Shown here: positions 1 through 9,530 of the stretch, in pieces
How the letters are laid out: the number at the start of each line of letters is the position of its first letter
Numbering within the stretch: the stretch's first letter is position 1
Assembly (NCBI GenBank): GCA_937884665.1
Contig: CAKZYF010000143.1
Coordinates: forward strand, 37,779 to 101,778
Length of the DNA stretch: 64,000 nucleotides
Reading direction: 5' to 3'
Source: an uncultured Allomuricauda sp.
GTDB taxonomy: Bacteria; Bacteroidota; Bacteroidia; Flavobacteriales; Flavobacteriaceae
Program-made: the position numbers and the translations under genes
The notes under the pieces: model-generated
Databases searched by the model: none
Told to the model about the DNA's origin: nothing
Seen by the model: the letters and a program-made list of their open reading frames with translations, nothing else

Positions 1-2
1 AA

Positions 3-575
3 GAAGTAGGTGCCTTGCTCATTTTGGATGAGATACAACCGGGTTTTGGGCGTACCGGTAAACTGTTCGCTTATGCCCATTTCGAATGTGTTCCGGATAT
101 TTTGGTGATAGGCAAAGGTATGGCCTCAGGTTTACCAGTGGGAGCCTTCATCGCCTCCAAAAAAATGATGGCTTCCTTACAGGAGAATCCTAAACTTGGC
201 CATATTACCACCTTTGGGGGTAATCCTGTTATTGCTGCTGCCAGTTTGGCCACTTTAAGGGAATTGACAGAAAGTCAGTTGATACCACAGACATTGGAAA
301 AAGAAAAGCGCATCAGAGCACATTTGGTACATCCTTTGATAAAGGAAATACGGGGGAAAGGATTAATGCTGGCCCTTATCATGGAGAATCCTGGGATAGC
401 CAATCATCTTGTGCTAACGGCAGCAAAAAAACGGTTGATTCTTTTTTGGTTGCTCTTTGAACCCAGGGCCGTCCGCATATCACCCCCACTAACGATTTCA
501 ATGCAAGAAATCGATAAAGGATGCGACCAAATCATTGAGATTTTAAACGCATACAGGCCAAATGCTGTTAACTAA
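3..575 (+). CDS. Class III PLP-dependent aminotransferase (acetylornithine aminotransferase-like), 5'-truncated by window edge
   Basis: Frame is open from position 3 (EVGALLILDEIQPGFGRTG). Contains the DEIQxGFGRTG motif, PLP-lysine motif DILVIGKGMASG and TTFGGNP. Confidence 0.9.
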   Translation, partial: EVGALLILDEIQPGFGRTGKLFAYAHFECVPDILVIGKGMASGLPVGAFIASKKMMASLQENPKLGHITTFGGNPVIAAASLATLRELTESQLIPQTLEKEKRIRAHLVHPLIKEIRGKGLMLALIMENPGIANHLVLTAAKKRLILFWLLFEPRAVRISPPLTISMQEIDKGCDQIIEILNAYRPNAVN

Positions 576-660
576 TTTGTTGATAACATACGAAAATCCT
601 GACTTAAACGAAGAAACAAAGGGCTAATTTTAAGTCCATAGTAAAACCAAATACGTTCCT

Positions 661-2061
661 ATGGCGTTAGATTCTAACGAAAATGCTGACAACTCCATAC
701 ATAAATTTGAGTCTATGCTCAAAACGGATGACGTCTATTTCTTCGATGCGGAAGATTTTGAGGACATCATCCATCACTATCTGAACAGCGGGAAAATAGC
801 ATTGGGAAAAAAGGCCATTCAAATCGGTCTGGAACAACATCCTAACGCTCTGGAATTAAAATTATTACAGGTGGAAGTCCTTGTCTTTGAGGACAAATTT
901 GAACGAGCTGAAAAGTTATTGGACGAGCTTCAGGATATCGACGCGTTCAACGAAGAAATATATATCCAAAGAGCCAATATCTGCTCTAAGCAAGACAGAC
1001 ATAACGAAGCGGATGATTTACTACAAGAAGCCCTACACCATACGGATGAATCTTTTGATATTCATGCGCTCTTGGGAATGGAGTATTTGTTTATGGACGA
1101 TTTCGAGCGGGCCAAACGCAGTTTTATGCGCTGCGTTGAATTTGATGAAAGTGATTATTCCTCACTTTACAATGTAGTTTACTGCTTTGAGTTCTTAGAA
1201 GATTTTGAGGGCGCCATTCATTATTTAAACGATTATTTGGAAAAAAACCCTTACTGTGAAGTAGCTTGGCACCAGTTGGGAAAAATGTATTACGCCCAGG
1301 ATATGTTCCAAGAAGCGCTCACTGCTTTCGATTTCGCCATTATCTCGGACGATGCCTTTATCGGAGCATATTTCGAAAAAGGCAAAGTATTGGAAAAACT
1401 GGGCAAATACAATGAAGCCATTGAAAACTATGAGGTTACCATTTCCATTGATGACCCCACATCGCATGCCTATTTGAGGATAGGAAAATGCCATGAGAAG
1501 TTGGGCAACGATGATTTGGCCAAATATTACTACTACAACACGGTTCACGAAGATCCTTTGTTGGATAAGGGTTGGCTGGCCATAACCGATTTTCACAGTA
1601 AGCTGGGAGATTTTGGGAAAGCTTTGTTTTATATCAATAAAGCCATTAACATTGACGGCGAAAACCCATTGTACTGGAAAAAAGCAGCTAAAATCTATTT
1701 TCAACTGGCCAATTTGGACGAGGCCGATTTTGCATTTAAACAGACCGTGGACCTTGGCAATTATGAACTGGATACTTGGATGGAATGGTCGGAGACTCTA
1801 AATCAAATAGGTGATTTCCATGCTGCCATACAAGTATTGGTGCAAGGTATTGAGTTTTATCCCAATGAATCTAAACTCTTTTACAAGCTCTCTGGGCTTT
1901 TTCTAAAAAACGGGCAACTGGAAAAAAGCAGGACCAAACTGCTTGAAGCGCTACAATTGAATCCCGAAAATTTATGCTTGTTTGAAGATGAATTTCCAGA
2001 GTTCCAGAAGTTTCCCAAGTTAAAAATCCTATTGTCCGAATTTAAGAAGGCCTCCACCTAA
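661..2061 (+). CDS. Tetratricopeptide-repeat protein
   Basis: 466 aa with repeated ~34-aa helical units (AWHQLGKMYY, AYFEKGKVLEKLGKYNEAI, AYLRIGKCHEKLG). Confidence 0.85.
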   Translation: MALDSNENADNSIHKFESMLKTDDVYFFDAEDFEDIIHHYLNSGKIALGKKAIQIGLEQHPNALELKLLQVEVLVFEDKFERAEKLLDELQDIDAFNEEIYIQRANICSKQDRHNEADDLLQEALHHTDESFDIHALLGMEYLFMDDFERAKRSFMRCVEFDESDYSSLYNVVYCFEFLEDFEGAIHYLNDYLEKNPYCEVAWHQLGKMYYAQDMFQEALTAFDFAIISDDAFIGAYFEKGKVLEKLGKYNEAIENYEVTISIDDPTSHAYLRIGKCHEKLGNDDLAKYYYYNTVHEDPLLDKGWLAITDFHSKLGDFGKALFYINKAINIDGENPLYWKKAAKIYFQLANLDEADFAFKQTVDLGNYELDTWMEWSETLNQIGDFHAAIQVLVQGIEFYPNESKLFYKLSGLFLKNGQLEKSRTKLLEALQLNPENLCLFEDEFPEFQKFPKLKILLSEFKKAST

Positions 2062-2081
2062 CCTCTTTTACCTCATTTTTT

Positions 2082-2999
2082 ATGAAATCAAGAAGCTTCC
2101 TTGATTATCTTTTCATCACCTTTAAGGGAATGGCCATGGGTGCCGCCGATGTGGTTCCTGGGGTATCTGGTGGTACCATCGCCTTTATATCCGGCATCTA
2201 TGAGGAGCTTATCACATCAATAAATACCATAAATCTAGAACTCTTCAAAATACTGAAACAAAAAGGTTTCAAAGCATTCTGGGGCAAAGTGAACGGTAAT
2301 TTTTTACTGGCCCTATTCGCAGGTATCTTTATCAGCGTATTTTCCCTGGCTAAATTTTTAAGCTGGTTGTTGGAAAATGAACCCATTTTATTGTGGGCAT
2401 TTTTCTTTGGACTTGTTTTTGCCAGCGTTCTTTTTGTCGGAAAGGAAATTAAAAAGTGGAGTCTTTTGACCGTCATTGTTTTTTTGACGGGGGCCATACT
2501 TGCCTTTATTATAACTGAACTTCCTCCTAATGAAAATGTGGACAGTCTTCTCTATTTACTGCTTTCAGGTGCCCTGGCCGTTTGTGCCATGATTTTGCCG
2601 GGCATATCAGGTGCATTTATTTTGGTGCTTTTGGGTTCCTACAAGACCATTTTGGATGTCGTTCATGAAAGGGATGTCAAAATTGTCATTACAGTTGCGA
2701 TAGGTGCGGTTTTCGGGTTGTTGAGTTTTGCCAGGCTCCTGAAATGGATGTTCACCCACTACAAAAATCTGACCCTCGCCCTACTCACTGGTTTCTTCTT
2801 GGGTTAGTTGAACAAGATTGGGCCGTGGAAGAAGGTGTCGGACACCAAAACTTTTGGCGATAAAACAATAACCACCAACGATATGAACGTTTGGCCCGGA
2901 AGCTACGAGGGAGAAAACCAAGTTGTGTTCGCAATTATCCTAGCCATAATAGGTTTTTCACTTATTTTTATCCTGGAAAAAACCGCTTCCAGGAAATAA
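2082..2999 (+). pseudogene. DUF368-family membrane protein (undecaprenyl-phosphate translocase family) interrupted by in-frame TAG at 2805-2807; true pseudogene or sequence error
   Basis: ORFs 2082-2807 and 2808-2999 are in the same frame and abut across one TAG. Motifs KGMAMGAADVVPGVSGGTIAF and MILPGISG. Read-through gives GFFLG*LNKIGPWK, which aligns with GFITGSLGVLWPWK in the adjacent paralog. Confidence 0.8.
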
Positions 3000-3020
3000 G
3001 GAGAACTACAGAATATTGAA

Positions 3021-4058
3021 ATGCAGCATACACGGTCTATTTTAGATAATTTCTTCCTGGTCATCAAAGGCCTTTGCATGGGCGCGGCCAACAAAGTACC
3101 CGGGGTATCTGGTGGCATTGTCGCTTTTGTTGGAGGTTTTTATGAGGAATTTATCTACTCGTTACAGAAAATAAATGGCAAGGCTGCACGATTGCTCTTT
3201 GCAGGACGTTTTAAGAGCTTTTTCCAATACACCAATGCACGATTCCTCTCGCTTTTAATTTCGGGGATGTTGATCAGTTATTTTAGCGTATCACGATTAT
3301 TGGACTATTTTTTAGAGCAAAAAGAGCTCTTTGTCTGGTCTACTTTCTTTGGAATGATTCTCGGTTCCATCTATTATATATCCAAAGACTTCGACCATTG
3401 GAACAAAAGAACCTATTTGGCAGGTTTTATCGGTCTCCTTGTCGGTATCTCCATAAGTTTTTTAAGTCCCGCAACGGAAAACAACAATCTCTTTTTTATC
3501 TTCTTTTGTGGGATTATCAGCGTTTCTGGGATGACATTGCCGGGTCTCTCTGGCTCTTTCATTTTGATTCTTTTGGGAAATTATGTACTTCTTTTGGTAG
3601 ACTCGGTGAATGCGCTCTATGATACGATGGCAGAAATCATTGCAGGTGATTTCAGCTTCACCAAAAACCCCAAACGTATAGAGACCCTGAAAATCCTGAG
3701 TATATTCACTTTAGGTTCCGCCGCGGGTCTGGTCACTTTTTCCCATTTGCTGAGTTATCTGCTCAAACACTTCAAGGAAATATCCAATGCTGTTATTATT
3801 GGATTTATTACCGGATCTCTCGGTGTACTTTGGCCTTGGAAGGAGACACTGTACAAAACAGATGAAGTGGGAAATTTCATTTTGGACAGCAATGGCGATA
3901 AGGTAATAGCCAATTATGTCCGGTTTTTCCCAAATCTACAGAATCCTGAAACCTGGTGGGCCATCATTTTCATTATATTGGGAGCCCTTGTTTTACTGAG
4001 CTTGGACTGGTATGGAAACAACAGAGATGAAAAAAAACAGATACGGACTACTGGGTAA
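3021..4058 (+). CDS. DUF368-family membrane protein, second tandem paralog, intact
   Basis: KGLCMGAANKVPGVSGGIVAF and MTLPGLSGS motifs; multiple TM helices. Confidence 0.85.
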   Translation: MQHTRSILDNFFLVIKGLCMGAANKVPGVSGGIVAFVGGFYEEFIYSLQKINGKAARLLFAGRFKSFFQYTNARFLSLLISGMLISYFSVSRLLDYFLEQKELFVWSTFFGMILGSIYYISKDFDHWNKRTYLAGFIGLLVGISISFLSPATENNNLFFIFFCGIISVSGMTLPGLSGSFILILLGNYVLLLVDSVNALYDTMAEIIAGDFSFTKNPKRIETLKILSIFTLGSAAGLVTFSHLLSYLLKHFKEISNAVIIGFITGSLGVLWPWKETLYKTDEVGNFILDSNGDKVIANYVRFFPNLQNPETWWAIIFIILGALVLLSLDWYGNNRDEKKQIRTTG

Positions 4059-4761
4059 GAACATCTCCTACTCTTTTTCCAAAGGATATTTTACCGAAAA
4101 ATTCAAGAAACTGGAACTAAAAGACCATAGTTATGAAAATTTTGATATCCAGACCATCTCCGAATTTCCCAATATCATCCAAAACAATAGATTGAAAGGA
4201 TTGAACGTGACCATTCCCTACAAAGAACAAATTCTTTCATTTTTAGATGAAATTGATGAAAAAGCAAAAAAAATAGGTGCGGTAAATACGATAAAATTTG
4301 CGGAAAACGGACTCCATGGTTTCAATACCGATATTTTTGGGTTTGAAGAATCCATCAAGCCTTTTTTGAAGGCACATCACAACAAAGCACTTATTTTAGG
4401 TACAGGAGGTGCCTCTAAAGCCATTCGTTTCGTTCTTGAAGAATTGGGAATTACCTACAACTATGTTTCAAGAAGTTCAAATCCAACCACGCTTAACTAC
4501 TCCCTTCTTGATAAACCTATCCTGGAAGAGCACACCGTAATTATCAATTGCACCCCTTTAGGAACCTTTCCCGAGATTCAAAACAAACCTAATATCCCCT
4601 ACCAATACTTAAACAAAAACCACCTTTTGTTTGATCTTGTTTACAACCCTTTGAAAACCAAATTTTTGCGTTTAGGAGAAGAAAAAGGAGCCTCAGTTTG
4701 TAACGGATTGAAAATGTTAGAGTTACAAGCCGATAAGTCGTGGGAAATCTGGAATTCCTAA
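4012..4761 (+). CDS. aroE: Shikimate dehydrogenase
   Basis: SYSFS, GLNVTIPYK, GAVNT, NTD, GTGGASKA, NCTPLG and DLVYNP motifs. Alternative ATG at 4027. Confidence 0.93.
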   Translation: METTEMKKNRYGLLGKNISYSFSKGYFTEKFKKLELKDHSYENFDIQTISEFPNIIQNNRLKGLNVTIPYKEQILSFLDEIDEKAKKIGAVNTIKFAENGLHGFNTDIFGFEESIKPFLKAHHNKALILGTGGASKAIRFVLEELGITYNYVSRSSNPTTLNYSLLDKPILEEHTVIINCTPLGTFPEIQNKPNIPYQYLNKNHLLFDLVYNPLKTKFLRLGEEKGASVCNGLKMLELQADKSWEIWNS

Positions 4762-4832
4762 AATTCCAAAAAACAGATAAGCGCCTTCCTTTTTAATCCA
4801 AACCGTAAAAAGCTTCAACAAAAGAAGTAGGA

Positions 4833-4840
4833 TACTTTTG
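4833..4840 (+). promoter_or_regulatory. Bacteroidota sigma-A -7 element (TACTTTTG) upstream of DUF349 gene
   Basis: Exact match to TAnnTTTG in an intergenic region, 64 nt before the ATG at 4905. Confidence 0.55.
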
Positions 4841-4904
4841 CGATTAGGTAATTTAGTTGTTAACTTGGCTATAATTTCATCAATCGAAAGGAAAAACACT
4901 ACTG

Positions 4905-6968
4905 ATGCAGGAAAATGAACGAAAACTTCAGGAAACTGAAGGAGGTGATGAGCAGATTTCGGAAAATATAAAGGTATCCTTGGAAGAAAGCCCCATTTCT
5001 ACCCCAGAATCGTCCGAAAGCGCGATAGCACCCAAGTCCCAAAACACCTCCCATCCCGAGACCCCCTCGGAATCTATAGGGCCGGTTCAAGAAGAAAAGA
5101 CAAGCGAGAAGGACACCGAAAAAGTCTTGAACGAAATAGAAGAATCCAACGCTGAGGATGCAGAGGACAAAGACAACGAAAAAAGGCACCATATTCCATT
5201 TTTGGACTATCACGCCATGTCCATAGAAAATCTTGTTGGAGAAATGCAGCGCTTGGTGAAAAATGAAAAAATCCAAGCGATAAGCAAACACGTCAGCAAT
5301 ATAAAGTATGAGTTTGACCAAAAATTCCAGGAATTCCTAGAACATAAAAAGGAAGAGTTTATGGCCAATGGGGGCGCTGAAGTAGACTTTCGTTATAATT
5401 CAGTGACCAAACGCCAGTTCAATGAAGTATTTACAGAATACCGCGAAAAAAGGGACCACTATTACAAGCAGCTGGAGCAATCTTTAAAGGGCAATCTTCA
5501 AAAGCGACTTGAAATTATTGAAGAACTAAAGGGCTTAATGAACGTTGAGGAAGACATTAACAACACGTATAAAAATTTCAAGGACTTACAAGAACGTTGG
5601 CGCAATGCAGGACCTGTACCGAGAAATAATTATAATGATGTGTGGAGGACCTACCACCACCACATGGAAATCTTCTATGACTTTCTACACTTAAATCGGG
5701 AACTTAGAGACCTTGATTTCAAACACAATTTGGAAGAAAAGCTCAAACTGGTAGAAAAGGCCGAGGCTTTAGTACAAGAAACCGATTTAGGGAAGGCGTT
5801 CAGGGAACTGCAAACACTCCATAAAATATGGAAGGAGGATATTGGCCCCGTGGCCAAAGAACAACGCGAAGCGGTCTGGGACCGCTTTAGCAATGCCACT
5901 AAAGCGCTCCATGAAAGAAGACAGGAACATTTTAAGGAACTGGAGAAAGTCCATGAAAAAAATCTGGAGAAAAAAGAGGAAATTATAGCGGACATCGCGA
6001 ACATCGCCGATAATGTGACCAACAACCACAAGGCCCTGCAACAACAAATACGGCAAATTGAAGCGTTACGAGAATCCTTTTTTAATGCAGGCAAGGTACC
6101 CCAAAAAGTGAACGAACAGACCTGGAGTGCTTTTAAAGAGGCGGTCCGAAGATTCAATAGGGGCAAAAATGCCTTTTACAAAAACCAGAAAAAAGAACAG
6201 CACGAAAACTTAGAACGCAAGAAGGCACTTTTAGGTCTCGCACTGGCCTTAAAGGACAGCGAGGATTGGGACATGGCAACTCCTGAAATGAAACGAATAC
6301 AGAGCGATTGGAAAAAAATAGGGCACGTGCCCAGAAAATACTCCGATAAAATCTGGAATGAGTTCAAAGCGGCTTGCAACCACTATTTTGACCGTCTTCA
6401 TGCCGGTAAAAACAAAGCACAACAGGAAGAATTCAAAAACCTAGAAAAAAAGAATGAATGTCTAAGCCGATTGCGCCTATTTCAACTTAGTGGGGATAAA
6501 GAAAAAGACCTTTCTAAGATAAAGGCGTTTATCGCCGAATGGAAGAGTCATGGCCGTGTCCCCTACAATAAAAAGCACCTGAACAGCAAGTTCAATAAGA
6601 TCATTGATGCCCTGTTCAAAAAAGTGGGCATTGGCCATCAGGAGTCCGAACTTATCAAATACGGGGATAAAATGAAGCATTTGGCCACGACGGATGATGA
6701 GCGGGCCATCCAAAATGAAAGAACGTTTATTCGACGTAAAATTGAGGAGACCCATTCAGAAATACGACAGCTGGAAAACAATCTACAGTTCTTCTCCAGT
6801 GCTTCAGAGGACAATCCGTTGGTAAAGGATGTTGTTAAAAATATTGATCAGCATAAAAAATCCCTGGATACGTGGAAGGCCAAGCTTAAAAAGCTCAACA
6901 TCCTCGAAAACAACCGTAGTAAAGGTATTCTGGACACGGAGGGGGAAAACTCTACTGAGGAGGAGTAA
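4905..6968 (+). CDS. DUF349 domain-containing protein
   Basis: Repeated helical units ending in W-x3-G-x-V-[PA] (WRNAGPVP, WKEDIGPVA, WKKIGHVP, WKSHGRVP), with an acidic low-complexity N-terminus. Confidence 0.85.
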   Translation: MQENERKLQETEGGDEQISENIKVSLEESPISTPESSESAIAPKSQNTSHPETPSESIGPVQEEKTSEKDTEKVLNEIEESNAEDAEDKDNEKRHHIPFLDYHAMSIENLVGEMQRLVKNEKIQAISKHVSNIKYEFDQKFQEFLEHKKEEFMANGGAEVDFRYNSVTKRQFNEVFTEYREKRDHYYKQLEQSLKGNLQKRLEIIEELKGLMNVEEDINNTYKNFKDLQERWRNAGPVPRNNYNDVWRTYHHHMEIFYDFLHLNRELRDLDFKHNLEEKLKLVEKAEALVQETDLGKAFRELQTLHKIWKEDIGPVAKEQREAVWDRFSNATKALHERRQEHFKELEKVHEKNLEKKEEIIADIANIADNVTNNHKALQQQIRQIEALRESFFNAGKVPQKVNEQTWSAFKEAVRRFNRGKNAFYKNQKKEQHENLERKKALLGLALALKDSEDWDMATPEMKRIQSDWKKIGHVPRKYSDKIWNEFKAACNHYFDRLHAGKNKAQQEEFKNLEKKNECLSRLRLFQLSGDKEKDLSKIKAFIAEWKSHGRVPYNKKHLNSKFNKIIDALFKKVGIGHQESELIKYGDKMKHLATTDDERAIQNERTFIRRKIEETHSEIRQLENNLQFFSSASEDNPLVKDVVKNIDQHKKSLDTWKAKLKKLNILENNRSKGILDTEGENSTEEE

Positions 6969-6982
6969 AGAACTTTTTGTTT

Positions 6983-8554
6983 TTATTTCGCCACATTTAC
7001 GGAGCGCGTTTCCCGTATTACAGTGATTTTTACCTGACCGGGATAGGTCATATCCGTTTGGATTTTTTGTGAGATTTCAAAAGAAAGTTCAGCTGCCTTG
7101 TCATCGCTCACTTTTTCACTTTCCACGATAACCCGTAATTCGCGTCCCGCCTGAATGGCATACGCTTTTTGAACCCCGTTGAAGCCAAAAGCGATATCCT
7201 CCAAATCCTTAAGACGTTGAATGTAGGAATCCAATACTTGTCTTCTTGCACCAGGACGGGCGCCGCTAATAGCATCACACACTTGAACAATGGGAGATAT
7301 CAGGGTGGTCATTTCAATTTCATCATGGTGGGCACCAATGGCATTACAGACTTCCTTCTTTTCGCCAAATTTTTGGGCCCACTGCATACCGAGAATGGCA
7401 TGGGGTGTTTCTACTTCACCTTCTGTATTTGGGACTTTACCAATATCATGAAGCAGGCCGGCCCGTTTTGCCAACTTTGGGTTTAGTCCCAGTTCGGCGG
7501 CCATTATACCACATAATTTAGCTACTTCCCTGGAATGTTGGAGCAAATTTTGACCATAAGAGGAACGATATTTCATTCGTCCTACCGCTTTGATAAGCTC
7601 TGGATGCAGACCATGGATCCCTAGGTCAATTACTGTCCTTTTACCGATTTCAGCAATTTCTTCATTGATTTGCTTTTCCGTTTTTTTCACGACCTCCTCA
7701 ATTCGAGCTGGGTGAATTCTACCATCTGTCACCAATCGGTGAAGGGATAAGCGCGCAACTTCCCGCCGAACAGAATCAAAACAGGAGAGAATGATGGCCT
7801 CGGGAGTGTCATCAACAATGATTTCAACCCCAGTTGCAGACTCTAGAGCGCGAATATTTCTACCTTCCCGACCAATGATCCGTCCTTTTACATCATCAGA
7901 CTCCAAATTAAAAACCGAGACACAGTTTTCAATGGCCTCTTCAGTACCGATCCGTTGGATGGTGTTTATTATGATCTTACGTGCTTCTTGCTGCGCGGTC
8001 AACTTGGTCTCTTCTAAAGTGCTCTGCAAAAAGGCCATGGCATCGGTCTTGGCAGTTTCTTTGAGGGATTCGAGAAGTTGACTCTTGGCGTCTTCTGCCG
8101 ATAGACCAGAAATAACTTCGAGTTGTTTTACCTGGCTCCTGTGTAATTTCTCTACCTCGGCCTGCTTTTTGTCCAAGATTTCACTTTTAAAGTCGATATC
8201 CTTTAATTGGACATTTAATTGCTCGTTGAGTTTTTTGTTCCTCGCAAGCTCATTACTGACCTGGGATTCTTTATCCCGGGTACGTTTCTCGGCTTCACCT
8301 ATTTTTTTATCCTTATTTATAATTACTTTTTCGTGCTCTGCTTTTAATTCGAGAAACTTTTCTTTTGCTTGGAATATTTTATCCTTCTTTATATTCTCTC
8401 CTTCCTTTTTGGCTTCTTTCAGAATGTCGGTTGCCTCTTTTCTTGCATTTGCTATGGTTTTTGTCGCTTTTCCTTTTTCCATCATTTTAGCGAGAACAAA
8501 ACCTATCAACAATCCTACAATGGCAGCAATGACACCAAGTAAGGTACTATCCAT
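6983..8554 (-). CDS. rny: Ribonuclease Y
   Basis: N-terminal TM helix, coiled coil, KH domain ([16 protein letters not shown]) and HD domain (LLHDIGK). Confidence 0.97.
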   Translation of the reverse strand: MDSTLLGVIAAIVGLLIGFVLAKMMEKGKATKTIANARKEATDILKEAKKEGENIKKDKIFQAKEKFLELKAEHEKVIINKDKKIGEAEKRTRDKESQVSNELARNKKLNEQLNVQLKDIDFKSEILDKKQAEVEKLHRSQVKQLEVISGLSAEDAKSQLLESLKETAKTDAMAFLQSTLEETKLTAQQEARKIIINTIQRIGTEEAIENCVSVFNLESDDVKGRIIGREGRNIRALESATGVEIIVDDTPEAIILSCFDSVRREVARLSLHRLVTDGRIHPARIEEVVKKTEKQINEEIAEIGKRTVIDLGIHGLHPELIKAVGRMKYRSSYGQNLLQHSREVAKLCGIMAAELGLNPKLAKRAGLLHDIGKVPNTEGEVETPHAILGMQWAQKFGEKKEVCNAIGAHHDEIEMTTLISPIVQVCDAISGARPGARRQVLDSYIQRLKDLEDIAFGFNGVQKAYAIQAGRELRVIVESEKVSDDKAAELSFEISQKIQTDMTYPGQVKITVIRETRSVNVAK

Positions 8555-8583
8555 GTCTTTATTTGTGTTTGGTTATAAAAAAA

Positions 8584-8746
8584 GCCCACATTGGCCGAAG
8601 TTTTGTACAAACTCCTAATTACAGGTTTAGGGCTAACAAGCTGCTCAAGAATCCCTATACGAGTAGGGCCCGCTTTCACAACTTAAACTCACCCTTTTTA
8701 AGAATAATAGCGTTGAGTTTGTCAAAAAATAATTACCAATGTGGGC
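8584..8746 (-). ncRNA. ssrS: Probable 6S RNA (6S-Flavo type)
   Basis: The intergenic region between zapA and rny has a perfect 11-bp terminal inverted repeat (gcccacattgg 8584-8594 / ccaatgtgggc 8736-8746) and an inner pairing acaaactc/gagtttgt. Length is ~163 nt, followed by a U7 run on the minus strand. Location downstream of zapA is established 6S synteny. Confidence 0.75.
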
Positions 8747-8772
8747 AGTAACAATATTATATTTAAAAGAAC

Positions 8773-9066
8773 TTATTCGCCTAGTTTCGCGTGCACCAAA
8801 TCGTTAAGTGCCTTTAAGCGTTCAAAGGCCGCTTTACTACTTTCAGAACGGTCTATTCCACCTTGCTCAATTTTAGATGCAAACTGCAGGGCACACATCG
8901 CGAGTACGTCCTGTTTGTCGCGAACCGCATAGTTTTGTTCAAATTTTTTCGCCAAAACTTCTATATTTTTTGCGGCTTTTCGAAGACCCTCTTCTTGTTT
9001 GGGGTCTATGGTCAAAGGATATACCCTGTCGGCAATGGAAAGCTTTATCTTGAGCTTTTCTTCCAT
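8773..9066 (-). CDS. zapA: Cell division protein ZapA
   Basis: IKLSIADRVYPL...EEGLRKAAK...DKQDVLAMCAL pattern. Start taken at ATG of MEEKLKIK (9066) rather than the ORF-track start at 9105. Confidence 0.88.
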   Translation of the reverse strand: MEEKLKIKLSIADRVYPLTIDPKQEEGLRKAAKNIEVLAKKFEQNYAVRDKQDVLAMCALQFASKIEQGGIDRSESSKAAFERLKALNDLVHAKLGE

Positions 9067-9076
9067 ATTATGTTCA

Positions 9077-9367
9077 CTAATCTGCAAGCTTTGCGATGCA
9101 AACATCCAGTTCGCGAATCAATGTATTAATCTTAAGCTTAGCTTCTGTTTTGTTTGTATTACTACCCAGCATACTACTTGCCATTTTGAGGGAATTATAT
9201 TTTTGTTCCCAATCTATTACCAACTGTTTTTCTTCCTGTTTCTCCTGCTGAGTCTTTTCAAGCTCATTTCTTAACCTAGAATTGGTCTGCTGCAATAATT
9301 CCATCTTATGGAGCAGCTTACTAACCTTATTCTCCAAGGAGTCAACAATTTCTACCAGTTCGCTCAT
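9077..9367 (-). CDS. Coiled-coil protein upstream of zapA (ZapB-like position)
   Basis: 96-aa heptad-rich protein ending KLKINTLIRELDVCIAKL, directly upstream of zapA. ATG at 9367. Confidence 0.7.
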   Translation of the reverse strand: MSELVEIVDSLENKVSKLLHKMELLQQTNSRLRNELEKTQQEKQEEKQLVIDWEQKYNSLKMASSMLGSNTNKTEAKLKINTLIRELDVCIAKLAD

Positions 9368-9389
9368 AGGCAAGCAAAATGCGTATTCA

Positions 9390-9397
9390 CAAATTTA
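9390..9397 (-). promoter_or_regulatory. -7 element (TAAATTTG) for coiled-coil/zapA/6S/rny operon
   Basis: Plus strand reads CAAATTTA, which is TAnnTTTG on the minus strand, 22 nt upstream of the ATG. Confidence 0.55.
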
Positions 9398-9530
9398 ACG
9401 ATCCTGGTCCAACTTCGCAATTTTTTGAATGATATTCTTCTTGGAACCCAACGATTCCTGTAAAGATGCCGTATCCTATTTTAAAGAGAAAAACATTGGT
9501 TACTTTCGTAGGGAACTTACACCTTTTACC

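Noticed and set aside
8563-8751. 62-aa ORF in the zapA-rny gap
   Set aside because: It lies antisense over the predicted 6S RNA, has no protein-like features, and the long-range base pairing explains the region better.
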